Shown: piece after piece, positions 51,929-64,000 of the stretch
How the letters are laid out: every line of letters begins with the position of its first letter
Numbering within the stretch: the first letter of the stretch is position 1
DNA from: Octopus vulgaris
Taxonomy: Eukaryota
DNA: 64,000 nt
Direction of reading: 5' to 3'
Assembly: GCA_951406725.2 (NCBI GenBank)
Contig: OX597827.1
Coordinates: 72,106,001-72,170,000 of the forward strand
Made by a program: the position numbers and the translations under genes
The notes under the pieces: generated by a model
What the model was told of the DNA's origin: nothing
Seen by the model: the letters and a program-made list of their open reading frames with translations, nothing else
Database searches by the model: none

Positions 51929-53193
51929 GTATGTTAATCTACAAATCCCAGGTAATTTGTACACAAAGTACTGTATATTGTAGTAATGTACTATACTTTA
52001 GAGATCCCCTATGTGATTGTTAACTTGCTAGAAATAGCAGATATATCTTCCTTACCCCTTTAGTGTTCAGATTACTCTGTGAAATGTAATCTTTATTTAT
52101 TCGTATTGTTTTGAATTAATCATGGATTATCTCACAGCTTTGAGATTTTGATAAAATTGGGAGGCAGAAACTGAAGAAATCAGTGTGTGAATGTGTGTGT
52201 GTTTTTTCGTGTGTTTATGTTATGTTTTTGTGTTTTGTTTGTTTATGTGTGTGTTTGTGTGTGCATGTGTGTGTGTGTGATTTTTGTGTATGTTTTTTGT
52301 ACATGCATATTTGTGTTTCTGTGTATGTGTGTTTGTGTGTGTGTATGTTCATTTTTAAAAAGACATTGCAGGTGAGGTGTGAGAAGTCGAATCTGGCTGA
52401 TTTGAACATAAAACAAGTAGAATATTCGGCCCAGATATGACTGGTTTAAATGCCAAATTGTGAAATGACGCCTTATTACTTTTAAAGATGGTTACCCAGC
52501 TGTATTTTAAGGCCCTCGTGCAATGTTGGTTTAAGGGTTACACATATTTTATTATTTTACTAGTTTCAGTCATTGGTCTGTGGCCATGCTGGAACACTGG
52601 TTTTAAGGGTTTTAATCAATTCTCTAGATCTCACTCTTAAGCCTAATATTTATGTTGTTGACCTTGCAGGGATGAAAAGCAAGTTGACCTGACCTCACTA
52701 TAAATAAAATGATTTGGAGAGTTCTGTATGCTGTAGGGTATCTTTGATGGACATACCAATTACTGTATTTTAACATGTATAAGGAACCCCCTAATTTTGG
52801 GGGCTTAAAATTTGGAAAAATTGTTTTGTAAGGGATTATAATACTTATTTCTTTATTACCCACAAGGGGCTAAACACAGAGGGGACAAACAAGGACAGAC
52901 ATAGGTATTAAGTCGATTACATCGACCCCAGTGCGTAACTGGTACTTAATTTATCGACCCCGAAAGGATGAAAGGCAAAGTCGACCTTGGCGGAATTTGA
53001 ACTCACAACGTAACGCAGACGAAATACTGCTAAGCATTTCGCCCGGCGTGCTAACGTTTCTGCCAGCTCATCGCCTTAAATTATAATAAGGGATTATAAT
53101 ACTATCCATGGATTAGAGACTCCCATATTTTTTTAACCTAAGTTTTGACAAAAAAGGGTTCCTTGTACATGTTAAATTACGGTATATCATATG

Positions 53194-53270
<77 letters not shown>

Positions 53271-54089
53271 CCTTATCTATCACTGTCTCTATTGTGCCCA
53301 AAGTTCACGAGCTGAGTTTTCTAAATCTGTGCATTAGCCAAGTTTAATTAAAATAATTTTAGCCATTTTGGATCGTATTGAGGTTTATTTGAAATTGCCA
53401 GTAACATGAACTGACTTTGCCATTCTTTCAAATATATATATATATATCATTCACTTTCTATACTGGCATGAATTTGACAGGGAACTGGCAAGAGTCAGGG
53501 CTTTGTCAAGCTCCAGTGTCATCCTTGGCATGGTTTCTATGGCTGGATGCCCTTCCTAATGCCAACCACTTTACAGAGTGGACTGCTGTGTGCTTTTTGT
53601 GCCACACCATTCATCATTGTTTCAATGTCCATTTTTTCCATGATTGTTGGATGGGTTGGACAGAGGTTATTGAGGCAGATTTTCTACAGCTGAATGTCTT
53701 TCCTATTGTAATATATATTTGATGTGCTTCCACAGTGTCTGTTTGCTGGATTTCACTTTGAAGGTTTTTGATCAGCCCAAGGCTGTAACAGAAGACACCT
53801 ACCCAAGTTGGTTACACATTGGCATCAAATCTGGATGGTCTGGCTTCAAAGCAGACTTCTTGACTGCACAGCTGTAGCTGTGTCCTTATAGCAAGAAGCT
53901 TGAAATTTCTTTTAATCTTCTATAAGTGGACGCAAGCTTGGCTGTGTGGTAAGAGGTTTGCTTTTCAACCTCATGGTTCCAGGTTCAGTTCCACCTCGTT
54001 GCACTTTGGGCAAGTGTCTTCTACTATAGCCATGGGCTGACCAAAGCCATGTGAGTGAATTTGGTAAACAAAAACTGAAAGAAGACTGT

Positions 54090-54124
<35 letters not shown>

Positions 54125-54380
54125 CTGTCTGTCTGTCCCTCAGCGCCACTTGGCAGTTTGGCAAAAGAAACCAAAAGAATAAGTCCCAGGCTTTAAAAAA
54201 AAATAATTACCGGGGTCAATTCATTTGACTAAAAACTCTTCGAGGCAGAGCCCCAGCATGGCCGCAGTCTAATGACTGAAATAAGGAAAATAAAAAAACA
54301 AAGATGAAGTGAGGTTTACCATTTTATTTTCATATCACCATGTAAACTAACCCTTGTTCTCTTTCTTTATTCTTGTGCAG

Positions 54381-54519
54381 GCCATATATTGTCAACTTGC
54401 TGCCCTGCATTGCACGGGTTTGTAAGCGTGAAGAAGAGGCCATTCAAGAAACCCTTGCAGCTTCCATGCAGAAAATATGTCCTGTACTTATGGCTTTTGC
54501 AAATGATTCAGAAGTCAAA
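54381..54519 (+). CDS. HTT: Huntingtin coding exon 5
   Basis: [46 protein letters not shown]. 139 nt, AG/GT. Confidence 0.97.
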
Positions 54520-55004
54520 GTAAGGAACATTCTTCTTGCTCACATTTCTCTTGCATTTTTTCGTCTTTCCCTGTGTCATTGCAAAGTAACGGTTAATAAA
54601 TATTTACAACACAGTTACATCATCACCATCATCATCATCATCGTTTAACGTCCGTTCTCCATGCTAGCATGGGTTGGACGGTTCGACCGGGGATCTGGGA
54701 AGCCAGAAGGCTGCACCAGGCTCCGGTCTTATCTGGCAATGTTTCTACAGCTGGATGCCCTTCCTAACGCCAACCACTCCGTGAGTGTAGTGGGTGCTTT
54801 TTACGTGCCACCTGCACTGGTGCCAGGCGAGGCTAGCATCGGCCACGGTCGGATTGGTGCATTTTACGTGCCACCGGCATGGAAGTCAGTTACAAAGTTA
54901 TAAAAATTGAAGTGTTTTTTTTTATTGTCTTTCATATAGATAATCAAATTTATTTTGTTTATTTAACCTTTTGACCTGTCTTTTTTTTTGTCCCCCTCAT
55001 GAAG

Positions 55005-55146
55005 GCATTACTAAAGAGTTTTCTACCAAATTTGAAGTCTTCGTCTGCATCAACCCGGCGTACAGCAGCTTCAAGTCTCTCACTGATCTGTCAGCATTCA
55101 CACAACCCTTTGTCTTTCATAAACAGATTAGTCATTATGCTACTAG
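55005..55146 (+). CDS. HTT: Huntingtin coding exon 6
   Basis: ALLKSFLPNLKSSSASTRRTAASSLSLICQHSHNPLSFINRLVIMLL. 142 nt, AG/GT. Confidence 0.95.
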
Positions 55147-56755
55147 GTGAGTATTTGGATGGTTCCTTTCTCTTCTGTTTTTAAGCCAATATTATATTAA
55201 TGCATGATGTGTTAGAGCAGTGGCTCTCAACAACCATTTTTTGCCTATGGGCCCCTTTGATTACTATTTTACTCAGATGGACCCTCCTAATCATTTGATG
55301 TTTTAAAAATCCTATAATATTTTTATAATTAAACTAGCTTAAAAGCCACACTCCTTGTGGGCTTTTAAGCTAGCTCCTGCAGTGGCCTAATTGGGCCTGT
55401 AGCATAAAACTAAAGAGCGCTAACTAGCATGACTATAATATGTCTATAATGACTATATGCCCCGGTGGTGTTTGATCAGAGGTTAAGGACGGATGAGAAT
55501 TAATTCTGTTATGCAATCATTCTATTGTTCCGATCCCAAGTTGAATTCCTATTGTTGGCCAATTTGTCCCAAAGTTCTTATCTCGATGTAAAATTAATGA
55601 AACGAATGTCAGTTATCTCCTCCTTGGTCTCTGACGTCATCTGACAAATACCAACCAAGATGGCATGAATCAACCAAGCTTTGCCTGCTAGAAATAGCAG
55701 CCCAAATGCTTTTAAATCAGATCTCAATGCTGGATATTCAAGAACCAAATGAAGGGCAGATTTTCAATCCCGGGATCATCCTGATTCCAAAATGGTATAA
55801 TATGTCTATGTAGAGTAAATATAGACTGAAATACATGGAACCTGGACAGAGGGAATTTTGCTTTTATTACAGTAGATATTATTAGGAATTGTATAAAAAG
55901 AAATTGTTAAAATATTTTGTGTATTGTAAAAGTATAACTGATTTATTGCACATAAAAAACTTTAAGTAGGTTTGAGAAGCTGGGACATGGCCAGTTTGAA
56001 CATAAAACAGATAATTTATTTGGATGGGATATGCTTGGTTTAAATGCACATGTAATATAAGCCCAGCTTCACATGTAGGACCGAGGCCAATTTTTTGAGA
56101 CATTTTATTATACTGTCAAATATAGTAAATAGATGTTATTTTATATTAAATGCAACCAAACTAGGCGCAGGAGTGGCTGTGTGGTAAGTAGCTTGCTAAC
56201 CAACCACATGGTTCCGGGTTCAGTCCCACTGCGTGGCATCTTGGGCAAGTGTCTTCTGCTATAGCCCTGGGCCGACCAATGCCTTGTGAGTGGATTTGGT
56301 AGACGGATACTGAAAGAAGCCTGTCGTATATATGTGTATATATATATGTGTGTGTCTGTGTTTGTCCCCCTAGCATTGCTTGACAACCGATGCTGGTGTG
56401 TTTACGTCCCCGTCACTTAGCGGCTCGGCAAAAGAGACCGATAGAATAAGTACTGGGCTTACAAAGAATAAGTTCCGGGGTCGATTTGCTCGACTAAAGG
56501 CGGTGCTCCAGCATGGCCACAGTCAAATGACTGAAACATATAAAAGAGTAAAAGAGAGAGTAAAACTCTTAATTATTTTTCAAAATTAATAGAATCACAT
56601 AGCTAGTGTTTATCATCAGAAATATGGTTACAAAAGGGTTATGAAGTGGTGAAGTTGTTATATGTTCATGTGCACATGCACATATCTGCATATGTGTGTG
56701 CATTTCTTATCTACATCTAAAAGTTTTACTCGTAAACTTTTCCGATCATTTACAG

Positions 56756-56943
56756 ATTTAATTCTTCCTGTCGATGAAGAACACGAAGTCCATTATTTAC
56801 TTGGCGTTCTTCTCGCAATCCGGAACCTAGTCCCTTATTTAACTGGCCCTGAAAGGGACCTTGGCTTGAAAGGAAGCTTCGGTCTTGTACATAAAGGCAG
56901 CAGTGAAAAACACGTGAAAGTCAACATTAGACAAATCCTTCAG
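56756..56943 (+). CDS. HTT: Huntingtin coding exon 7
   Basis: (D)LILPVDEEHEVHYLLGVLLAIRNLVPYLTGPERDLGLKGSFGLVHKGSSEKHVKVNIRQILQ. 188 nt, AG/GT. Confidence 0.95.
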
Positions 56944-57249
56944 GTATGACATTTTTGGTTTCCTTTTTACCGTCTTTCGAGAATGGATATTCAAGGTGAT
57001 GTTGTAAAATACAGGATGTAGATTAATCAAAACATGATTCACTGTGTAGAAATACTGAATTCCTCTGTTTATTTATTGGTGCAGGCACAGGTGTGTGGTA
57101 AGATGTTTGCTTCCCAATCACATGGTTCTGGGTTCATTCCCACTGCAAGGCACCTTGGGCAAGTGTCTTCTGCTATAGTTTTGGGCTAACCAAATCCTTG
57201 TGAGTGGATTTGGTAAACAAAACCTGAAAAAAGCTCATTGTGTGTGTAT

Positions 57250-57560
57250 GCCCAGTATACCCATCATGACTACCCGTCTGATAAGGGTACATTAGGCACA
57301 TGCATCACAACCATATGTATGCGACATGGTAATCCCATATCAAGATTAACAGCACATTACCTTGCAGGTGGGGCCCAGTTAGAATTTTTTTCTGGTTGAG
57401 TAACCCATCCTGCTGAAAAGGTCCCTGAATAAGGGTTGTTTAAGGATGTTGAACGAAACACCCATGTTTCCAGAGGTGAATTATTCAAACCCCAAAGAAT
57501 CCCTCTCAGCACATGGTTATGATGCTCCCCCACTACTTCTGCTCGTGATCAGAGATGTAC
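57250..57560. repeat. Interspersed repeat (GCCCAGTATACCCATCATGACTACC...), second copy at 61020-61495
   Basis: Near-identical ~300-bp blocks; family not identified. Confidence 0.75.
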
Positions 57561-57920
57561 ATATCGTTCGCCCCTAAAGGACATGCTCAACTGGTTATGG
57601 TCTTTTTTTTATTATTATTATCGATCAATTCAGATAAATCCAACGCTCATTTGTTTGGGCAATGAATATTTGTAGGAGAGTGTTTGGAGCATTGTCCTTG
57701 CCCCCACCCCAAATTTTAGGAGTCTGCATGCTCCTCTTCCACCCCCTATTCTCGACCCTATGTCTGATGTGCTTCACGAGGACACAGCTTGGATTATAAT
57801 CTCTTCTATACACTAAATCATTTATATGAATGTATGTATATAATTATAAATAAATATATATATATACATATATACCGTCCAACCCATGCTAGCATGGAAA
57901 ACAGACGCTAAATGATGATA

Positions 57921-58014
<94 letters not shown>

Positions 58015-58073
58015 GTATGTATTAAGTATGTGTATGTATGTAATAGATATTAATATTGATGCAATATTTTCAG

Positions 58074-58269
58074 GTGTACGAGTTGTTGTTATACTTCACG
58101 GGTCATACTGACCACAACGTTGCCACTGCTGCCCTTGAAGGTCTTCATCAATTAATCAAAACGCCACCACCTCAGCTAATTCCCATCTTAGTGAACAAGA
58201 ACACCATCAAGCGGTCATCAGTTTACTCCAACGATCTAAGCACAGTCTATACACGACCTCGGACTCAGA
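58074..58269 (+). CDS. HTT: Huntingtin coding exon 8
   Basis: [40 protein letters not shown]... (human [35 protein letters not shown]). 196 nt, AG/GT. Confidence 0.95.
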
Positions 58270-59263
58270 GTAAGTTACAGGTTGGTCTCAGCCTTGAACC
58301 CAACCTCTCTCTCTCTCACAAGTTATCAGATTTGCTTTCGTTTTGCTCCTATTCTTCTTTTAACTCATGCTTCTTGTTAATACTTCTTGATGATTCAAAT
58401 TGTATGTTCTTACGTGGAGATAGAGGACACCCATCAAAACTGAAAGCTTGGACAAGCTCAAAGGACTCTTTACATCTGAATAATGTTGTTGAATGAAGCA
58501 ACGTACTTGTTGCAGACTCATATATGTGTATATATATATATATATGTGTGAAGGCGCAATGGCCCAGTGGTTAGGGCAGCGGACTCGCAGTCGTAGGATT
58601 GCGGTTTCGATTCCCAGACCAGGCATTGTGTTTATATTGAGCGAAAACACCTAAAAGCTTCACGAGGCTCCGGCAGGGGGTGGTGATCCCTGCTGTACTC
58701 TTTCACCACTCTTTCTCTCTTTCTTCTGTTGGCCTGCTTGCTTAGCCAGCGGGGTGGCGTCGCTCGAAGGCTAAAACAATGCGATTGCATTGTGACCAGC
58801 GATGTGTAGCAACATCTGATAGTCTGGTCGGTCACGTGATCACGTGATATATATATATATGTATATACTAGCAATATGACCTGGTAACACCAGGTCATAG
58901 TGCTAGTGCATGCATATACAGAGCTTCGTGCGTGCGCACATACACGCGAGTACTGTCCAAATCTCCGACCAATCACATACAGCTAGCTGACATTTTGATT
59001 GGGTTTTAGATGGAAAATTCACAAAAAAGTCACTTCTATTGACTTTTTAATGGCTTTGCGGGGTGACTGAGGAAATGTAAAGATGTGCACGATCACCCTT
59101 GGACGGTTTTGAATAACCATAGAAAGTGCGAGCACTCTAACTGAAAAATTGTGGATTTGTATAAAGGATACACACACACACAGACAGACATTTTGCCGTT
59201 GTAAATTGAACATTCATATATATATATATCATCATCATCATCATTAAACGATGATGATGATGA

Positions 59264-59308
<45 letters not shown>

Positions 59309-59858
59309 TGTTCAATTTACAACGAAAGATCCAGAGGAAGAGTATATATATATTATAGTTTCTTACATTTGTAAAAATGACTTATTGATGAACACTGTTT
59401 TATATATCATCCCTGATGAGATTGATGCATTTTTTCACATTATTCTCCCTCTTGGATTTATTTTAATGCATCTATTGAAACATATGCTGGTGATTTGGTG
59501 ATGTTAATGGTTTAATAACATCTTGAGCGCTTGTCTCCATTTTCCATTATTCTTATATGTATGTATGGATGGATGCATGGATTCACAAAAAAAACAAAAG
59601 ACGAAGACGGGTGGTGTAGACAACAAACATATGTATTAGTTTAGCACTCGGGAAGTGAAAAAGTCTTTAACGTTTTGAGCCTATGCTCTTTCACAGAAAG
59701 AAACAAGAAGAGAAAATAATATACATACATATATATATGTATATATATGTATGTATATATAATGGGAAGGTTTACGAAAATAAACAAAAGACGAAGGCAG
59801 GTGGAGTACAAACAAACAAATGTATTAGTATAGCGCCCAGGAATAGAAATAGAAAAAG

Positions 59859-59896
59859 TCTTTTACGTTTCGAGCCTACGCTCTTCGACAGTAAGA
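59859..59896 (-). ncRNA. Second copy of the CUGUCGA minimal hammerhead-like motif (Penelope-like fragment 59761-59910; more decayed copy at 59590-59700)
   Basis: Same layout as 35761-35798, with one mismatch in stem I. Confidence 0.45.
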
Positions 59897-59958
59897 TACA
59901 CAGAAAAAAACAAGGAGGGAAAAAAATGCGTGTAGGAGCTAACGATCTATCATGGCGT

Positions 59959-59997
<39 letters not shown>

Positions 59998-60100
59998 GTG
60001 TTATATATGTATGAACTATGATGAGAAATTGAGTGAAATTTGTATGTATTTTGTATAAATTGTATAAACAATGACACTAAATTCTGCTTTTGCATTTTAG

Positions 60101-60910
60101 GTGGTTTGGAGCGTTTTCCATCGGTCAGTGATGATGTTGGTTTGGAAGAAGATCAATCTGCAGCTGAAATTTACAGTCAAATCACGACGTCCGAAGACTC
60201 ATCTGGCTTCGCATCTGATTTTGCTTCCTCGACAAGTCAAGTGGATGAAGTAGGAAGTGCGCATGCCAGGAGTGGTAGCAATAGGTCGAATAATGTGTGT
60301 TTCAATGCCGACCTTGATGAAGAACTGCCCAATGAAGGAACATTCTCTACAGATTTAGAATCCACTGCAGCAGCATCTGTCGGCTCCTTCAGTGAAAATA
60401 CTCTCGATCCAGTGATTATAACGATGGAAAACGCTTACACGAACGTTGAAATTGGAGACTTGAATGAGGAGCGATCTGAACGCTCGACCCTTTCTCACAG
60501 CAGCAGTGTAGAGACTTTGTTGAGCATCAAAAGCCTGAGCCCTAAACACCGGCCCCCTCTACAAAAGGGAGTCAGCCAGGACTTGAATGGAAACCCTGAA
60601 TATGATAATGCATTGACGATTGACACAACTTCGCATGAATCAGCATCACCGTCTCCCATACCAGCAGTGGTAGTCGTAGTTGATGATGTACCCCCTGGTG
60701 TGGGACATTATTGTGATGGCGAGGTTCCTTTAGTCTACTGTATACGTCTCTTATGTCGTCGTTTCTTACTCTCTGGTACACCTCAGGGTCTAATTTCAGA
60801 CAAGACTGTCCGTGTCAGTGTGAAAACTTTAGCCCTTGGTACGATTGGCAATGCTATTTCTTTATTTCCTCGAATCTTACTCCACAATGTGTTTGTTGAA
60901 AATCATCAGT
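60101..60910 (+). CDS. HTT: Huntingtin coding exon 9 (acidic, Ser-rich disordered region plus resumption of HEAT repeats)
   Basis: 810-nt open exon ending PLVYCIRLLCRRFLLSG...LISDKTVRVSVKTLAL..IGNAISLFP (human PLVHCVRLLSASFLLTG..LVPDRDVRVSVKALAL). AG/GT, phase 1 at both ends. Confidence 0.95.
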
Positions 60911-60920
60911 GTAAGTTCAA

Positions 60921-60967
<47 letters not shown>

Positions 60968-63016
60968 GAGTGAGAGAGCAGTGCATGCCATCAAAGTGAC
61001 ACTGGGGTAAAATATACGAAGCCCAGTATACCCATCATGACTACCTGTCTGATAAGGGTACACTAGGCACATGCATCACAACCAAGGCACCTTGGGCAAG
61101 TGTCTTCTGCTATAGTTTTGGGCTAACCAACTCCTTGTGAGTGGATTTGGTAAATGAAACCTGAAAAAAGCTCATTGTGTGTGTGTGTATGTGTGTGTAT
61201 GCCCAGTATACCCATCATGACTACCCGTCTGATAAGGGTACACTAGGCACATGCGTCACAACCATATGTGCGCGACATGGTGATCTCATATCAAGATAAA
61301 CAGCACATGACCTTGCAGGTGGGGCCCAGTTAGAATTTTCTTCTGGTCGAGTAGCCCATCCTGCTGAAAAGGTCCCTGAATAAAGGTTGTTAAAGGATGT
61401 TGAACGAAACACCCATGTTTCCAGAGGTGAATTATTCAAACCCCAAAGAATCCCTCTCAGCACATGGCTATGATGCTCCCCCACTACTTCTGCCCGCCTG
61501 ACTTGTTCCTGTGCCAGTGGCACATAAAAACCACCCACTACACTCTTGGAGTGGTTGGCATTAGGAAGGGCATCCAGCTGCAGAAACATTGCCAGATCAG
61601 ATTGGAGCCTGGTGCAGCCGCTGGCTCTCCAGACCTCAGTCAAACCGTCCAACCCATGCTAGCATGGAAAGCGGACGTTAAACAATGGGAAACGGACGTT
61701 AATCGATAATGATGATGATTATTATTATTATTCTTACAGAATTATTAGCATGCTGGACAAAATTCTTAGCGGTATTTTGGTCATCTTCATGGTCTGAGCT
61801 CAAATTCCACTGAGATTGACTTTGCCTTTCATCCTTTCGGGCTTGATAAATAAAGTACCAGTGAAATACTGGGGTTGATGTAATCAACTAGTCCCTTCCC
61901 CACAAATTTCATGCCTTTTGCCTTTAGTAAAAAGGATTATTATTATTATTATTATTAAGGCAGGGAGCTAGCAGAATTGTTATCATGCTGGGCAAAATGC
62001 TTAGCGGCATTTCATCCATCTTTATGTTCTGAGTTCATATTTCGCCGAGGTCGATTTTGCCTTTCATATTTTCAGGGTCAATAAAATAAGTACCAGTAAT
62101 GCACTGGGTTTGATGTAATTGACTTGCCCCCTCCTCCAAAATTTCAGGCCTTGTGCCTGTAGCAGAAAGGATTATTATTATTATTAATATTATTGTTAAT
62201 ATCAGAGTGGTGAGCTGGTAGAATTGTCAATATGCCAGACAAAATGCTGTTTAGTATTTTGTCTGCCTTTATATTCTTATTTCTTTATTGCCCACAAGGG
62301 GTTAAACATAGAGGGGATAATCAAGGACAGACAAAGGGATGAAGTCGATTACATCGACCCCAGTGCGTAACTGGTACTTAATTAATCGACCCCGAAAGGA
62401 TGAAAGGCAAAGTCAACCTCGGTGAAATTTGAACTCAGAATGTAACAGCAGACGTAATACCTATTTCTTTACTACCCACAAAGGGCTAAACACAGAGAGA
62501 GGACAAACAAGGACAGACAAACGGATTAAGTCGATTACATCAACCCCAGTGTGTAACTGGTACTTATTTAATTGACCCCGAAAGGATGAAAGGCAAAGTC
62601 GACCTTGGCGGAATTTGAACTCAGAACATAGTGGCAGACGAAATACTGCTAAGCATTTCGCCCGGCGTGCTAACATTTCTGCCAGCTCGCTGCCTTTATA
62701 TTCTGAGTTCAAATCTGCCAAGTTTGACTTTGCCTTTCAACCACTTGGGGTCAACAGAATAAGTACAAGTTTAGCACTGAAGTTGATCAAATTGACTAGT
62801 GCCTCCCCCCTCCCACCAGTCTAAAAATTTTAGGTCTTGAGCTTATAATAGAAAGGATCATTATTATTAACATTCTCAGCTAAACAATAAAGTGTTTGTA
62901 TTATTTGGTATGTTTTAATGGTAATGATTTTCTCTCAGAACGTTAGTGGATGCTCATATGCTATTTTAAAATGTTTCCTTTTGTCTACAAATGCTAAAAC
63001 TTCCACCATTTTGCAG

Positions 63017-63190
63017 GTCGAGAGAGTCAGTATATCAGTGATGTGTTACTTTTTGCCAACCACCCCGATCCACAGTTAAAGGGAAACACTGCAGTGATTG
63101 TGGCGAATTTACTGCGCAGTGCTTTGATTGAAGGGCAAGGAGATTTCCAGAAGTGGTTGGAACATAACAGTTCATCCCTCTCAGAGAAAG
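63017..63190 (+). CDS. HTT: Huntingtin coding exon 10; gene continues beyond the right edge
   Basis: RESQYISDVLLFANHPDPQLKGNTAVIVANLLRSAL (human [27 protein letters not shown]). 174 nt, AG/GT. Confidence 0.93.
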
Positions 63191-64000
63191 GTTTGTCTTG
63201 TTGCTCGTTTCTATCGGGATTTTGTATTTTTATAGATGTCATACAAATGAAGGGGTTTTAGATCAGATGGGTTCAAAGGTTCCAGTATTTTAGTTTCTAA
63301 AGCCAATTATCTTGTTGACTTTGAATTTGTTGTTTAGTCACAAGTCAGATCTGACTGAATAGGTTTATAATCAATCAGAGGTGTTTCAGCCATGACCAGG
63401 TGTGTGATTAAGAAGCTCGCTTTCCAACCACATGGCTTCAGGTTCAGTCCCACTGTGCGGCACCTTGGACTATAACCCTGGCTATAACACCTTTTACTAT
63501 AACCCTGGGCCAGCCAATGCCTTGGATAGACAGAAACACTCACATGCACAGTCGAACAATCAGCTCCGGTACTGCTTATCAAATTCACTTATAAGGCATT
63601 GATTAGTCTAAGTCTACAGTAGAAGACACTTGTCCAAAGTGCTGAGCAATAGGACTGCATCTGAAACCATATGGTTGAGAAGCAAGCTTAAGCATACAGC
63701 CATGTCTGTGCTCGTGTGTGTATGTTAACCTTTAGCATTTAAACCTTCCACATCCGGCCAAAATATTCTACTTTTTATTTGTTCAAACCAGTCCAATCTG
63801 GTCTCTCACACTTACCCTGCAATATCCATTATTAAAATAAGCAATAACATCAGCAAAATCTCAAAGTTACAAGATAAAGCATGGATAATTCAAAACAATG
63901 TGAATAAATAAGCATCAGACATTAGACAAAGAAATTTGAATGCTGAAGAGTTAAACATATATTTGTGTGTGTGTGTGTGTGTGTGTGTGTGACAACATAT

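Noticed and set aside
59219-59275. (ATC)n-TAAACG-(GAT)n mini-palindrome
   Set aside because: Explained as two fused tails of the RTE-tail retroposon within (AT)n; too simple to imply function.
60200-60640. Possible caspase sites (e.g. DEVG, LTID) in the HTT disordered exon
   Set aside because: Asp-rich low-complexity sequence produces such tetrapeptides by chance, and they cannot be aligned to human sites by eye.

Overview
AT-rich, microsatellite- and SINE-dense animal genomic DNA. The repeat families point to an octopus (coleoid cephalopod); this is inferred from recognition, not a database search. Two protein-coding genes lie head-to-head. On the minus strand are the first two coding exons of UBLCP1 (5404-5239 and 330-239; the gene runs off the left edge). 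On the plus strand are the first ten coding exons of huntingtin (HTT, 34335-63190; the gene runs off the right edge). I assembled them by hand with GT-AG boundaries and consistent phases. The N17 reads MATIEKLVRSFEALKVF and is followed by a single Q. The rest is mobile DNA: several tRNA-derived SINE families, RTE LINE remnants, decayed mariner, Tc1 and Helitron (PIF1) fragments, MITEs, and mini/microsatellites. The main unexpected signal is a set of type I hammerhead ribozyme motifs carried by fold-back elements next to (TA)n tracts. There is a 343-bp near-perfect palindrome with a hammerhead on each strand (18004-18346), a second family with compensatory stem changes (18548-18646 and 42924-43006, the latter in sense orientation inside HTT intron 2), and minimal Penelope-type variants (25513-25793, 35761-35798, 59859-59896). 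All structures were folded by eye and catalytic activity is untested.
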